Below, piece by piece: positions 52,011-62,791 of a stretch of 64,000 bases of DNA (position 1 is its first letter; each line of letters starts with the position of its first letter). Origin of the DNA: Escherichia coli (GTDB lineage Bacteria > Pseudomonadota > Gammaproteobacteria > Enterobacterales > Enterobacteriaceae); assembly GCF_003790525.1 (NCBI RefSeq), contig NZ_CP033634.1. One strand, written 5' to 3'. Under the pieces are notes generated by a model. It made no database searches and was not told where the DNA came from. It worked only from the letters and a program-made list of their open reading frames with translations. A program made the position numbers and the translations under genes.

Positions 52011-52438
52011 AACCAGAGAGAGGAGAAAGCTGGATGAGTACCCGAAATATCCACGTTAACACCGCGTCGTACACGATTCTTGTTGCCGGGAGGGAAAAAA
52101 CACCGGGGAAGAGTGGGACGTCCTGGAATTCAGCAGCCTGACTGAGCTGAAAAAATATCGCAAAAGCCACCCGGAAAAGATGGCCTTCAGCTATAGCTAC
52201 GCGCTCAGCCGGGGTGTGGATACGCAGTTCCGCCATATCAACATTGCGGAAGCCGATCACTTCAAACAGTTCCTGCGTCAGATTAAGCGTGCCGGCCTCG
52301 ATATCCGGGCGATCTGCTGACCGGATGTGATGAATATCCCTCCTGATTGTTGCAATCTTGTTAATGGAGATCGGGAGAGATGATATTAAGCGGAAAAATT
52401 TTTTATTAAATTTATTCTTTCATAAAGGAGTAGCTGTT

Positions 52439-53260
52439 ATGCGATTAGCTTCCCGTTTTGGTCGGTATAATTCCATCCGTCGTGAACGTCCTTTAACGGA
52501 TGATGAATTAATGCAGTTCGTGCCTTCGGTATTTTCCGGTGATAAACATGAGTCCCGGAGTGAACGTTATACGTATATTCCAACAATCAATATCATCAAT
52601 AAGTTACGTGATGAAGGTTTCCAGCCATTCTTTGCCTGTCAGAGTCGGGTTCGTGATTTGGGACGCCGCGAATACAGTAAACATATGTTACGTCTTCGCA
52701 GGGAAGGGCATATTAACGGGCAGGAAGTTCCTGAAATTATCCTGCTTAATTCACATGATGGTTCATCCAGTTATCAGATGATCCCCGGAATTTTTCGTTT
52801 TGTCTGCACAAATGGCCTGGTGTGCGGAAATAATTTTGGCGAAATCCGTGTTCCACATAAAGGTGATATTGTCGGGCAGGTTATCGAGGGAGCGTATGAA
52901 GTGCTCGGTGTCTTTGATAAGGTCACTGATAATATGGAGGCGATGAAAGAAATTCATCTTAACAGTGACGAGCAACATTTATTTGGCAGAGCTGCACTGA
53001 TGGTCAGGTATGAAGATGAAAATAAAACGCCAGTGACACCTGAACAGATAATTACTCCCCGTCGTCGGGAAGATAAACAGAACGATCTCTGGACAACCTG
53101 GCAGCGGGTTCAGGAGAATATGATAAAAGGTGGATTATCGGGGCGAAGTGCCTCCGGGAAAAATACCAGGACAAGAGCCATTACAGGTATTGATGGTGAT
53201 ATAAGAATCAACAAGGCGTTATGGGTGATTGCCGAACAGTTCAGAAAGTGGAAGTCATGA
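52439..53260 (+). CDS. DUF932-like leading-region protein
   Basis: 273 aa from the ATG at 52439 (AAGGAG upstream), MRLASRFGRYNSIRRERPLTDDELMQF...; the gene nearest oriT on the leading side. Confidence 0.7.
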   Translation: MRLASRFGRYNSIRRERPLTDDELMQFVPSVFSGDKHESRSERYTYIPTINIINKLRDEGFQPFFACQSRVRDLGRREYSKHMLRLRREGHINGQEVPEIILLNSHDGSSSYQMIPGIFRFVCTNGLVCGNNFGEIRVPHKGDIVGQVIEGAYEVLGVFDKVTDNMEAMKEIHLNSDEQHLFGRAALMVRYEDENKTPVTPEQIITPRRREDKQNDLWTTWQRVQENMIKGGLSGRSASGKNTRTRAITGIDGDIRINKALWVIAEQFRKWKS

Positions 53261-53556
53261 TAATATAAGTAAAGCCCCGAAAAAATTTTCGGGGCTTTAC
53301 TTATATTATCATTTTTCGGCATTGCTGTGTCGTCTGATATACCTCAATTTCATCGACCGGCTTTCCGGTTGTCTGTAAATATTGTGCCCGCGAAAAATGG
53401 TCTGGCAGGAGGCTGCGCAGTTACCGGGTATATATAAGATGGGTTCCCGCTTCGCGGGGCTTCGGCCAGTCAGTATTGTCACTCATATGATATTTTTGTG
53501 TGTGGCCTTCCATGCCGCTTTTGCGGCATAACCGGTATCTGACAATGTCTGTAAGA

Positions 53557-54066
53557 TTAATTGTTCTGCACGCTGTTAATTTCCGGAAGTGATTTCTTCG
53601 TGGCCGGAAGCCGGATACCTTTACTGCTTTTTATCCCGGTATAAATCCGGTAAACCTCTGATGCGTAGGCAAGACGTCTCTGGTTCTGGCGTTCGGATTT
53701 CCTGAATCCTGCATTGTATGCACCAACGGCCTCCCAGGTGACGCCCCATTTTTTAAATGCTATTGCCAGATAATAAGCACCGGTATAAATGTTCATGCAG
53801 GGATCTGTTGTCAGATGTTCTGGCTTAATTCCGTAGCGGGCCAGTTCGTTAAAATGCTGGGAATCTACCTGCATCAGTCCGCTGCCATATCCCGTTACCG
53901 GATTAATACCGATGGCATTAACCCGGTAACGGGATTCTTTCCATGATATTGCTCTCAGTAAATCAGGATCTATTTTGTAATCCCGGCCTGCAAGATCAAA
54001 GCAATCAGTGGCATGGCAGATCTCATTTATAAACATCAGGCAGATGGCTAACATCCATTTTTTCAT
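53557..54066 (-). CDS. Lytic transglycosylase (gene X / orf169-like)
   Basis: 169 aa from [10 protein letters not shown]...; signal peptide then lysozyme-like transglycosylase motifs ([24 protein letters not shown]). Confidence 0.85.
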   Translation of the reverse strand: MKKWMLAICLMFINEICHATDCFDLAGRDYKIDPDLLRAISWKESRYRVNAIGINPVTGYGSGLMQVDSQHFNELARYGIKPEHLTTDPCMNIYTGAYYLAIAFKKWGVTWEAVGAYNAGFRKSERQNQRRLAYASEVYRIYTGIKSSKGIRLPATKKSLPEINSVQNN

Positions 54067-54099
54067 TTTTCCACCTCTGGTGACTTTATCCGTAAATAA

Positions 54100-54470
54100 T
54101 TTAACCCACTCCACAAAAAGGCTCAACAGGTTGGTGGTTCTCACCACCAAAAGCACCACACACTACGCAAAAACAAGTTTTTGCTGATTTGCCACTTGAA
54201 TCATTAACTTATGTTTTAAATAATGTATTTTAATTTATTTTACATTATAAAAAGGATTCATTGGTGAATCGCATATGATTCACCAATGAATTTAACACAA
54301 CTCATAGATGAATCAGTAATAATAAAACAACGAGTTAAAGCGAATTGACTCTAGATTCAATTCGTGATGTGATTTGCTGCATGAATCGTAATTTTCGTAA
54401 CTTGCGTCACGATTCGATTCATCGATGAATTGTCATTTTTTTATATGTGAAATAAATTTGATGCGATAAG
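54100..54470. other. oriT region; nic predicted on the minus strand near 54157/54158
   Basis: Inverted repeat TTGGTGGTTCTCACCACCAA (54131-54150) followed by AAGCACCACACACTACGCAAAAAC, resembling the recalled F/R100 nic region; AT-rich tract with repeated motifs before traM. Confidence 0.7.
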
Positions 54471-54489
54471 AAAATAAAGAGGTATACAT

Positions 54490-54873
54490 ATGGCGAAAGT
54501 GCAGGCTTATGTCAGTGACGAAATTGTCTATAAAATAAATAAAATTGTGGAAAGAAGACGTGCAGAAGGAGCTAAAAGTACAGATGTAAGTTTCTCAAGC
54601 ATATCCACTATGCTTCTCGAATTAGGGCTTCGTGTATATGAGGCTCAGATGGAGCGTAAAGAGTCAGCGTTCAATCAGGCTGAGTTTAATAAGGTGCTTC
54701 TTGAATGTGCGGTAAAAACACAGTCAACAGTTGCTAAGATTTTAGGTATTGAGTCACTAAGCCCTCATGTTTCCGGGAATCCAAAGTTTGAATATGCGAA
54801 TATGGTCGAAGATATCAGGGAGAAGGTGTCATCTGAGATGGAGAGGTTCTTTCCAGAAAATGATGAGGATTAA
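54490..54873 (+). CDS. traM: TraM
   Basis: MAKVQAYVSDEIVYKINKIVERRRAEGAKSTDVSFSSISTMLLELGLRVYEAQ..., 127 aa. Confidence 0.9.
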   Translation: MAKVQAYVSDEIVYKINKIVERRRAEGAKSTDVSFSSISTMLLELGLRVYEAQMERKESAFNQAEFNKVLLECAVKTQSTVAKILGIESLSPHVSGNPKFEYANMVEDIREKVSSEMERFFPENDED

Positions 54874-54961
54874 AAAAGAATTAAAAGTTGATTTGCTTCA
54901 AATAACAGGATTTTGATCTGGTTCAATTTGATGACAATTAACCGCATAAAGGTTATATTAA

Positions 54962-55040
54962 TTACGTGGTTAATGCCACGTTAAAAATTGAAACTGAAAA
55001 TCGCCGATGCAGGGAGTTCAGACCTCCCTGCATCGACTGT
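54962..55040 (-). ncRNA. finP: Putative FinP antisense RNA against the traJ leader (approximate)
   Basis: Two hairpins in the traJ 5' UTR (CGTGG-TTAATG-CCACG at about 54965-54980; GATGCAGGGAG-TTCAGAC-CTCCCTGCATC at about 55005-55035); finO is present in the window. Confidence 0.45.
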
Positions 55041-55066
55041 CCATAGAATCCTTAACGGAGGTTCCT

Positions 55067-55753
55067 ATGTGTGCGCTGGATCGTAGAGAAAGGCCACTTA
55101 ACAGTCAATCTGTAAATAAATACATCCTTAACGTTCAGAATATCTACAGAAATTCTCCCGTTCCGGTTTGTGTCCGTAACAAAAACCGGAAAATCCTTTA
55201 TGCCAATGGGGCTTTTATTGAACTCTTTTCCAGAGAAGATAAACCCTTATCCGGAGAGAGTTATATACGTCTGCAGGTTGAAATTTTTCTTTCATCACTT
55301 GAACTGGAATGCCAGGCTCTTGGACATGGCTCTGCATTTTGTCGTCGTTTTAATTTTCATGGCGAAATCTATCAGATAAGGATGGAGAATGTTTCTTTTT
55401 ATAATGACGAATCTGTTGTTTTATGGCAAATTAATCCGTTTCCTGATTATCCATTTTTTGCGTTAAATCAGAGTGGAAGTAATACAAATACTTCTGATAA
55501 ATTAACGATATGGAATGATCTTTCTCCAGGGACATTGGTTGTTTTCTCTTTTTATATGCTGGGTGTTGGTCACGCAACAATTGCCAGAGAGTTGGGTATT
55601 ACAGACAGAGCATCTGAGGATCGAATTAAACCAGTTAAACGGAAAATAAAAGAATTTTTTGAACACTTTGATTTATTCAGAGTGTCATGTATCTATAAAG
55701 GAGAAATAGATTCGCTATTAAGTATAATTCGTGAATTTTATAGTATTAAGTAA
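55067..55753 (+). CDS. traJ: TraJ transfer activator
   Basis: 228 aa from the ATG at 55067 (GGAGG 6 nt upstream); position between traM and traY; TraJ is poorly conserved among F-like plasmids. Confidence 0.7.
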   Translation: MCALDRRERPLNSQSVNKYILNVQNIYRNSPVPVCVRNKNRKILYANGAFIELFSREDKPLSGESYIRLQVEIFLSSLELECQALGHGSAFCRRFNFHGEIYQIRMENVSFYNDESVVLWQINPFPDYPFFALNQSGSNTNTSDKLTIWNDLSPGTLVVFSFYMLGVGHATIARELGITDRASEDRIKPVKRKIKEFFEHFDLFRVSCIYKGEIDSLLSIIREFYSIK

Positions 55754-55846
55754 ATGTTAAATAAGGCACGCCAATTTTGGCGTGTTTTTTTTCGTCGGTT
55801 TCTGTGCAATCATGATTTTATTAGTCAGGAAACAGAGGTGAATTGA

Positions 55847-56074
55847 GTGAGGAGGCGTAACGCGAGAGGCGGGATAAGCAGAACAGTCTCAGTGTATCTC
55901 GATGAAGATACAAATAACCGACTTATTCGGGCCAAAGATCGTAGCGGTAGAAGTAAAACTATAGAGGTTCAGATCCGTCTCAGAGATCATCTGAAACGGT
56001 TTCCTGATTTCTATAATGAAGAAATATTCAGGGAGGTGATCGAAGAGAACGAGTCAACATTTAAAGAACTTTAG
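55847..56074 (+). CDS. traY: TraY (R100-type short form, GTG start)
   Basis: MRRRNARGGISRTVSVYLDEDTNNRLIRAKDRSGRSKTIEVQIRLRDHLKRFPDFYNEEIFREVIEENESTFKEL; ribbon-helix-helix motifs. Confidence 0.8.
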   Translation: MRRRNARGGISRTVSVYLDEDTNNRLIRAKDRSGRSKTIEVQIRLRDHLKRFPDFYNEEIFREVIEENESTFKEL

Positions 56075-56107
56075 TTTTTATCTATCAATATTAAACAGAG
56101 GAATCAT

Positions 56108-56467
56108 ATGAATACTGTTTTAAGTGTTCAGGGTGCTTCTGCGCCTGTTGAAAAGAAATCGTTTTTTTCTAAATTCACTCGTCTGAATATGCTTCGCCTG
56201 GTTCGCGCAGTGATCCCGGTTGCTGTTCTGATGATGTTCTTCCCGCAACTGGCAATGGCAGCACAGGGCCAGGACCTGATGCAGAGTGGTAACTCCACGG
56301 TTAAGGCGACCTTCGGTAAGGACTCCAGTGTTGTTAAATGGGTTGTTCTGGCTGAAGTTCTGGTCGGTGCTGTCATGTACATGATGACCAAAAACGTCAA
56401 GTTCCTGGCCGGTTTTGCCATCATCTCTGTATTTATTGCTGTGGGTATGGCCGTCGTTGGCCTCTGA
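56108..56467 (+). CDS. traA: TraA propilin
   Basis: [31 protein letters not shown]...[10 protein letters not shown]...[25 protein letters not shown]. Confidence 0.93.
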   Translation: MNTVLSVQGASAPVEKKSFFSKFTRLNMLRLVRAVIPVAVLMMFFPQLAMAAQGQDLMQSGNSTVKATFGKDSSVVKWVVLAEVLVGAVMYMMTKNVKFLAGFAIISVFIAVGMAVVGL

Positions 56468-56481
56468 CAGGAAATAAAACG

Positions 56482-56793
56482 ATGTCGGGAGACGAGAATA
56501 AACTTAAGAAATATCGTTTCCCGGAAACACTGACCAACCAGAGCCGCTGGTTTGGCCTGCCACTGGATGAACTGATCCCCGCAGCAATCTGTGTTGGCTG
56601 GGGTATCACAACATCGAAATATCTGTTCGGTATTGGTGCAGCTGTTCTGGTTTATTTCGGGATTAAAAAACTGAAAAAAGGGCGGGGCAGTTCCTGGTTA
56701 CGTGACCTGATTTACTGGTATATGCCAACAGCCCTGCTGCGCGGTATTTTTCATAATGTTCCCGATTCGTGTTTCCGGCAGTGGATTAAATAG
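56482..56793 (+). CDS. traL: TraL
   Basis: 103-aa product in conserved gene order. Confidence 0.9.
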   Translation: MSGDENKLKKYRFPETLTNQSRWFGLPLDELIPAAICVGWGITTSKYLFGIGAAVLVYFGIKKLKKGRGSSWLRDLIYWYMPTALLRGIFHNVPDSCFRQWIK

Positions 56794-56814
56794 AACTGAT
56801 ATCAGGATTGTTAT

Positions 56815-57381
56815 ATGGAACACGGTGCCCGTTTAAGTACCAGTCGTGTAATGGCCATCGCCTTTATATTTATGTCAGTGCTTATTGTTCTCAGCCTCTC
56901 TGTTAACGTCATTCAGGGGGTGAATAACTACCGCCTTCAGAATGAGCAACGCACTGCCGTGACGCCAATGGCATTTAATGCCCCCTTTGCCGTGTCACAG
57001 AACAGTGCCGACGCCTCTTATTTACAGCAGATGGCGCTGTCATTTATTGCCCTCCGTCTGAATGTTTCATCAGAAACCGTCGATGCCTCACATCAGGCGC
57101 TTCTGCAATATATCCGCCCGGGCGCACAGAACCAGATGAAAGTTATTCTGGCTGAAGAAGCGAAGCGTATTAAAAACGATAACGTGAACTCAGCCTTTTT
57201 CCAGACCAGTGTTCGTGTCTGGCCTCAGTATGGCCGTGTGGAAATTCGTGGTGTGCTTAAAACCTGGATTGGTGATTCAAAACCTTTCACTGATATCAAA
57301 CATTACATCCTTATTCTGAAGCGGGAAAACGGGGTGACCTGGCTGGATAATTTCGGGGAAACAGACGATGAGAAAAAATAA
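56815..57381 (+). CDS. traE: TraE
   Basis: 188-aa product with N-terminal transmembrane helix; conserved order. Confidence 0.9.
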   Translation: MEHGARLSTSRVMAIAFIFMSVLIVLSLSVNVIQGVNNYRLQNEQRTAVTPMAFNAPFAVSQNSADASYLQQMALSFIALRLNVSSETVDASHQALLQYIRPGAQNQMKVILAEEAKRIKNDNVNSAFFQTSVRVWPQYGRVEIRGVLKTWIGDSKPFTDIKHYILILKRENGVTWLDNFGETDDEKK

Positions 57382-58096
57382 TACGGCAATAATATTCGGC
57401 GGCCTGTTTTTTTCCTGCAGCGTGATGGCCGCAAACGGTACGCTGGCCCCCACTGTGGTGCCAATGGTGAACGGTGGTCAGGCCAGTATTGCCATCAGCA
57501 ATACCAGCCCGAATCTGTTTACCGTTCCCGGTGACCGGATTATCGCCGTGAACAGTCTGGATGGTGCCCTGACCAATAATGAGCAGACCTCCTCCGGCGG
57601 TGTGGTGGTGGCCACCGTCAACAAAAAGCCCTTTACGTTCATTCTGGAAACAGAACGTGGTCTGAATCTTTCCATTCAGGCCGTTCCCCGTGAAGGCGCG
57701 GGGCGTACCATTCAGCTGGTCAGTGACCTGCGCGGAACCGGAGAAGAAGCCGGTGCGTGGGAAACGTCCACGCCTTACGAATCCCTGCTTGTGACCATCA
57801 GCCAGGCTGTCCGTGGCGGAAAATTACCTGCAGGCTGGTATCAGGTTCCTGTGACAAAGGAAACCCTGCAGGCCCCGGCGGGGCTGTCTTCAGTGGCAGA
57901 TGCCGTATGGACGGGGAATCACCTGAAGATGGTCCGCTTTACCGTGGAAAATAAAACGCTGTCTGCCCTGAATATCCGGGAAAGTGATTTCTGGCAGCCG
58001 GGAACCCGTGCCGTGATGTTCAGCCAGCCTGCCAGCCAGTTACTGGCAGGTGCGCGCATGGATGTGTATGTCATCCGTGACGGGGAGGGCAACTGA
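57368..58096 (+). CDS. traK: TraK
   Basis: 242-aa product with signal peptide; overlaps traE and traB as in F. Confidence 0.9.
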   Translation: MRKNNTAIIFGGLFFSCSVMAANGTLAPTVVPMVNGGQASIAISNTSPNLFTVPGDRIIAVNSLDGALTNNEQTSSGGVVVATVNKKPFTFILETERGLNLSIQAVPREGAGRTIQLVSDLRGTGEEAGAWETSTPYESLLVTISQAVRGGKLPAGWYQVPVTKETLQAPAGLSSVADAVWTGNHLKMVRFTVENKTLSALNIRESDFWQPGTRAVMFSQPASQLLAGARMDVYVIRDGEGN

Positions 58097-59523
58097 TGGC
58101 CAGTATCAACACCATTGTGAAACGCAAGCAGTACCTGTGGCTGGGGATTGTGGTTGTCGGTGCAGCCTCCGCGATTGGTGGGGCACTGTATCTGTCTGAT
58201 GTGGACATGTCCGGTAACGGTGAGGCGGTGGCTGAACAGGAGCCTGTACCGGATATGACCGGTGTGGTGGATACGACCTTTGATGACAAGGTGCGTCAGC
58301 ATGCCACCACAGAGATGCAGGTGACGGCAGCGCAGATGCAGAAGCAGTATGAGGAAATCCGTCGTGAGCTGGATGTCCTGAACAAACAGCGCGGTGATGA
58401 CCAGCGTCGTATTGAAAAGCTGGGACAGGATAATGCTGCCCTGGCAGAGCAGGTAAAAGCCCTGGGTGCAAATCCCGTCACCGCGACCGGTGAGCCAGTA
58501 CCGCAGACGCCAGCCTCACCGCCCGGCCCGGAAGGCGAACCACAGCCAGGAAACACACCCGTATCTTTCCCGCCGCAGGGCAGCGTTGCTGTTCCACCGC
58601 CGACGGCGTTTTATCCCGGGAATGGTGTCACGCCACCACCACAGGTGACGTACCAGTCTGTGCCGGTGCCTAACCGGATACAGCGTAAGGTGTTTACCCG
58701 TAATGAGGGAAAACAGGGACCATCACTGCCGTACATTCCGTCAGGAAGTTTTGCGAAAGCCATGCTGATTGAAGGGGCGGATGCCAATGCCTCTGTCACC
58801 GGTAATGAATCCACGGTGCCGATGCAGCTGCGTATCACCGGCCTGGTGGAAATGCCGAACAGCAAGACGTATGACGCAACGGGATGTTTTGTGGGTCTGG
58901 AAGCCTGGGGGGATGTGTCCAGTGAGCGTGCCATTGTACGCACCCGCAATATCAGCTGCCTGAAGGACGGCAAAACTATTGATATGCCGATTAAGGGGCA
59001 TGTCAGCTTCCGGGGTAAAAACGGTATCAAGGGCGAAGTGGTGATGCGTAACGGCAAAATCCTCGGCTGGGCATGGGGCGCGGGATTTGTTGACGGTATC
59101 GGTCAGGGAATGGAGCGTGCCTCCCAGCCGGCTGTCGGGCTGGGTGCCACCGCTGCTTACGGGGCCGGCGATGTCCTTAAAATGGGTATCGGTGGCGGCG
59201 CATCGAAAGCCGCACAGACGCTCAGTGACTACTACATCAAACGTGCCGAACAGTATCACCCGGTGATACCGATTGGTGCGGGCAACGAAGTGACCGTGGT
59301 GTTCCAGGACGGCTTCCAGCTGAAAACCGTGGAAGAGATGGCGCTGGAACGCACGCAGAGCAGAGCTGAAGAAGACAATCCGGAAAGTCCGGTTCCTGTT
59401 CCGCCATCGGCTGAAAGTCATCTTAACGGCTTTAATACTGACCAGATGCTGAAGCAGCTGGGCAACCTGAATCCGCAGCAGTTTATGTCCGGCAGCCAGG
59501 GAGGGGGCAACGATGGCAAATAA
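58096..59523 (+). CDS. traB: TraB
   Basis: 475-aa product with N-terminal transmembrane helix, coiled coil and Pro-rich linker. Confidence 0.9.
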   Translation: MASINTIVKRKQYLWLGIVVVGAASAIGGALYLSDVDMSGNGEAVAEQEPVPDMTGVVDTTFDDKVRQHATTEMQVTAAQMQKQYEEIRRELDVLNKQRGDDQRRIEKLGQDNAALAEQVKALGANPVTATGEPVPQTPASPPGPEGEPQPGNTPVSFPPQGSVAVPPPTAFYPGNGVTPPPQVTYQSVPVPNRIQRKVFTRNEGKQGPSLPYIPSGSFAKAMLIEGADANASVTGNESTVPMQLRITGLVEMPNSKTYDATGCFVGLEAWGDVSSERAIVRTRNISCLKDGKTIDMPIKGHVSFRGKNGIKGEVVMRNGKILGWAWGAGFVDGIGQGMERASQPAVGLGATAAYGAGDVLKMGIGGGASKAAQTLSDYYIKRAEQYHPVIPIGAGNEVTVVFQDGFQLKTVEEMALERTQSRAEEDNPESPVPVPPSAESHLNGFNTDQMLKQLGNLNPQQFMSGSQGGGNDGK

Positions 59524-60097
59524 TATGTCACTCCGTCAGATATGCCATGCCACCCGGTATGTTGTTGTCCGGGGCCTGTGTTGGTTGTTCTGGTGTCTGA
59601 AATACGCCGTCATTCTGCCACTGGCCACAATGGCCCTGATGGCTCTGTTTGTTTTATGGAAGGACAACACCACACCGGGAAAATTACTGGTTCAGGAAAT
59701 TGACTTCGTAAGACAAACAGCCCCTGCCGGGCAGTTTCCTGTAAGAGAATGTTTGCCTTCTCTGCATGATCTTCCAGGAGCAGAAGAGAAAATCTGCCGT
59801 TACCGTGCTGCTGATGCTGCAGATTATGTCAGGGAGACTGACCGGTCACTGATGCAACTGGTCACCGCATTCTGGGCAACGCTGGCACTTATGTATATGT
59901 CGTTTGCGGCAGGCACCGGGAAATATCCGGTGCTGCCCGGAAAAATGAAATGTGTCCGTGTGGCAACAGCAGATGAGCGTCTGAAGGAAGTTCTTGCAGA
60001 AGACACTTCCCTGCCGGGAAAAATCAGGGAATGCCATGTTTATTTCCCTGATGACAGAACAATCAGAAACAACGGAGATAAAAATGAACATGCGTAA
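59513..60097 (+). CDS. traP: TraP
   Basis: 194-aa membrane protein following traB. Confidence 0.85.
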   Translation: MANNMSLRQICHATRYVVVRGLCWLFWCLKYAVILPLATMALMALFVLWKDNTTPGKLLVQEIDFVRQTAPAGQFPVRECLPSLHDLPGAEEKICRYRAADAADYVRETDRSLMQLVTAFWATLALMYMSFAAGTGKYPVLPGKMKCVRVATADERLKEVLAEDTSLPGKIRECHVYFPDDRTIRNNGDKNEHA

Positions 60098-60404
60098 TAT
60101 TAATGTTATTACTGCCCGCTCTGTACCGGATAAAAGCGTATCAGATGATTTTATGCATGCTGTTCTCAGTAACTGCACCACAAGAATCGTACTTCCTGCA
60201 CCGAAGGAATTCAGTTCTGAATCATTGCCGCACAATTTTAATATGGCTGCTGTCGGTGTGATGAAGAAGGGTATGTCGATGAGCTTATTTTCTTCTCCGG
60301 GGCATATTGTGGTTGCCGGACAATCCGGTGGCGGAAAATCTGTTCCGGTGAAAGAACTAATCGACAGAATTATTCAGAAATATAAGGAACCCTTCGATGA
60401 ATAA
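60084..60404 (+). CDS. trbD: Putative TrbD-like protein (start uncertain)
   Basis: ORF between traP and trbG; ATG at 60084 preceded by ACGGAG; assignment by position only. Confidence 0.45.
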   Translation: MNMRNINVITARSVPDKSVSDDFMHAVLSNCTTRIVLPAPKEFSSESLPHNFNMAAVGVMKKGMSMSLFSSPGHIVVAGQSGGGKSVPVKELIDRIIQKYKEPFDE

Positions 60405-60648
60405 GCTGGTTTCTGATGGCAGCGTCAAAAAAATAAATTATCCGGTGCTGTATGAATCCGGAATAACACCTCCGTTATGTGAAGTCAGTGCGCCAGAACC
60501 TGATGCGGGGGGGAAACGCATTGTGGCATATGTTTATAAATCATCACGGAATACGGTTTTTGAAAATCCTGACATTGTAAAAACCTGTACGGTCAGGGAT
60601 TTGAAGAATGATTTTGTGAACTGCGATGAGAAAGGTGAGGGACAATGA
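60397..60648 (+). CDS. trbG: TrbG
   Basis: 83-aa product MNKLVSDGSVKKINYPVLYESG... Confidence 0.8.
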   Translation: MNKLVSDGSVKKINYPVLYESGITPPLCEVSAPEPDAGGKRIVAYVYKSSRNTVFENPDIVKTCTVRDLKNDFVNCDEKGEGQ

Positions 60649-61160
60649 AACAGATTTCTTTATTTATTCCTCTGCTGGGGACCTTATTACTTTCCGGCTG
60701 TGCCGGAACCAGTACGGAATTTGAGTGTAACGCCACCACATCCGATACCTGTATGACGATGGAGCAGGCCAATGAGAAGGCCAAAAAACTGGAGCAGTCC
60801 TCAGAAGCAAAGCCGGTTGCGGCATCACTGCCGCGCCTGGCTGAAGGGAACTTCCGGACAATGCCGGTGCAGACCATTACCGCGACCACTCCGTCCGGCA
60901 GCAGACCTGCGGTGACAGCACATCCGGAGCAGAAACTGCTGGCACCACGCCCGCTGTTTACCGCTGCCCGGGAAGTGAAAACGGTTGTTCCGGTCAGTTC
61001 AGTTACGCCGGTAACACCTCCTCGTCCGCTAAGAACGGGTGAGCAGACGGCAGCATTATGGATAGCGCCTTATATTGATAACCAGGATGTTTATCATCAG
61101 CCATCCAGCGTGTTTTTTGTTATTAAACCGTCTGCGTGGGGAAAGCCACGTATTAATTAA
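60645..61160 (+). CDS. traV: TraV outer-membrane lipoprotein
   Basis: MKQISLFIPLLGTLLLSGCAGTSTEFECNATTSDTCMTMEQANEKA... (lipobox LLSGC). Confidence 0.9.
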   Translation: MKQISLFIPLLGTLLLSGCAGTSTEFECNATTSDTCMTMEQANEKAKKLEQSSEAKPVAASLPRLAEGNFRTMPVQTITATTPSGSRPAVTAHPEQKLLAPRPLFTAAREVKTVVPVSSVTPVTPPRPLRTGEQTAALWIAPYIDNQDVYHQPSSVFFVIKPSAWGKPRIN

Positions 61161-61294
61161 CTGGCCCTGAAGTTGTATATCAGCCGGCAATGTCGGCGGG
61201 CTTTCTGTATTCAAAATCTGCCTGTAAAACGAGTGCCCTGTGCGTGAAAAGGGATGGGCGGTAGCGTGTCAGAACATGTCGGGAGGAATATTCC

Positions 61295-61516
61295 GTGAGT
61301 GATGAAGCCGATGAAGCATATTCAGTGACAGAACAACTGACCATGACAGGAATAAACCTGATACGCCAGAAAATAAATGCTCATGGTATTCCTGTTTATC
61401 TCTGTGAAGCATGCGGAAATCCTATTCCGGAAGCCCGGCGGAAAATATTTCCCGGTGTGACGTTGTGCGTTGAATGTCAGGCGTATCAGGAAAGGCAGAG
61501 GAAACACTATGCATAA
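61295..61516 (+). CDS. traR: TraR (DksA-like zinc-finger protein; GTG start)
   Basis: MSDEADEAYSVTEQLTMTGINLIRQKINAHGIPVYLCEACGNPIPEARRKIFPGVTLCVECQAYQERQRKHYA. Confidence 0.9.
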   Translation: MSDEADEAYSVTEQLTMTGINLIRQKINAHGIPVYLCEACGNPIPEARRKIFPGVTLCVECQAYQERQRKHYA

Positions 61517-61982
61517 ATCAGAAGCTGAAAAAATAGATTCTATTCTGGATGAACATCAACAGATATATCGCAGACATAACCGAATAGATAACATCCTGGC
61601 GTTTTGTGCGTGTATTGCATGGGTTCCCTGTATTATTGCTGCGTTCGGCGTTGATGGTATATATCTGAAAATACTGTTTGCGGTCCTTGCCTGCTGTGGT
61701 GCGGTATGCTTTTTTATTTTCTTCTTCACCCTCCTGCCGGAATCACTCATGGTCCTCAGCCGTCAGAGCCTGCTTCAGCTTATGCGTCTGACTGAAGACG
61801 TACCGGATGCGAGACAGGAACTGCTTAACCGTCTGCTGTCCGGTAAAAAACTGACTGGTCGGGATGAACAGGATATCCGGCGTCTCTGGCAGGAGAAAGT
61901 GGATGCAATGCAGGAGTCTGCCACCCGTCAGCGTGAACAGGATACTATTCGGAAGTTTACTGAAGGGAATAAATCCGAATGA
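61509..61982 (+). CDS. Hypothetical membrane protein between traR and traC
   Basis: 157 aa from an ATG overlapping the traR stop; central hydrophobic segments. Confidence 0.5.
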   Translation: MHKSEAEKIDSILDEHQQIYRRHNRIDNILAFCACIAWVPCIIAAFGVDGIYLKILFAVLACCGAVCFFIFFFTLLPESLMVLSRQSLLQLMRLTEDVPDARQELLNRLLSGKKLTGRDEQDIRRLWQEKVDAMQESATRQREQDTIRKFTEGNKSE

Positions 61983-62030
61983 GAATCTGCAGTGTTTTAT
62001 GACCTCATAAGTTAACTGAAGGGATATTCA

Positions 62031-62276
62031 GTGATTAATATACAAGCGGAGATAATAAAGAATGCATACCTTTATTTTTCTTGTGCTGATAAAAATATTA
62101 ACGGTGGCGGAAGCTGGAATATTACACCCATGCCAAATACGGACGTATGCGTGCAGGTTCTTCGGACAATCGAGTCACACGGAGGCAGGGGATTTGGAAA
62201 TACAGGGGAATGTATTGAAGTTAAAACAAATAAACCTTTGAACAACGTGATGGATACACTGAATGGGGGGCAATGA
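62031..62276 (+). CDS. Hypothetical small protein (GTG start)
   Basis: 81-aa ORF; weak support. Confidence 0.35.
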   Translation: MINIQAEIIKNAYLYFSCADKNINGGGSWNITPMPNTDVCVQVLRTIESHGGRGFGNTGECIEVKTNKPLNNVMDTLNGGQ

Positions 62277-62303
62277 GTGCTTACTGCTTCAAAGGAAAAT
62301 GAA

Positions 62304-62666
62304 ATGAAGTCGATATATTTAGAATCTGTTCTGGCTTTTATATTTGTTGGCGTTATGGCTATGTTGATATGTGGTCTTTTTTACAATGACTACCTTGAGC
62401 AACAACCTGCAACACCAGAACAACTGAGAGAGATTACACAGGATATCCCCTGTGCAGCAGAAGCATTTAAGGAAGCTATTAAGTCTGACACATCTGATTA
62501 TCAGCCTGAACCTTTAAGTCTTGGTAAGGCAAAAGAGCTTGCATCAGCGTGTAGAGAAAGAAACGAAATGGCAGAGGTGAAACGGGTAAGAGAAAATGAG
62601 CGCAATAAGATTCGCGAAAAACAAATTCAGGCATTAAATGATGCTCATTCAGTAAAGGAACGTTAA
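62304..62666 (+). CDS. Hypothetical protein with N-terminal transmembrane helix
   Basis: 120 aa from the ATG at 62304, with AAAGGAAA upstream. Confidence 0.45.
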   Translation: MKSIYLESVLAFIFVGVMAMLICGLFYNDYLEQQPATPEQLREITQDIPCAAEAFKEAIKSDTSDYQPEPLSLGKAKELASACRERNEMAEVKRVRENERNKIREKQIQALNDAHSVKER

Positions 62667-62791
62667 TCCTGGTTTCCTGTTAAAAGCCTCCATCTCTTAT
62701 TTGTGCTGTGGTTTCAGGAATGGCACTGCGTGATATATCCACGGCCACAGACTGATATTTTCCTTTTTTAAACGCACTAAGGAATACGCAT

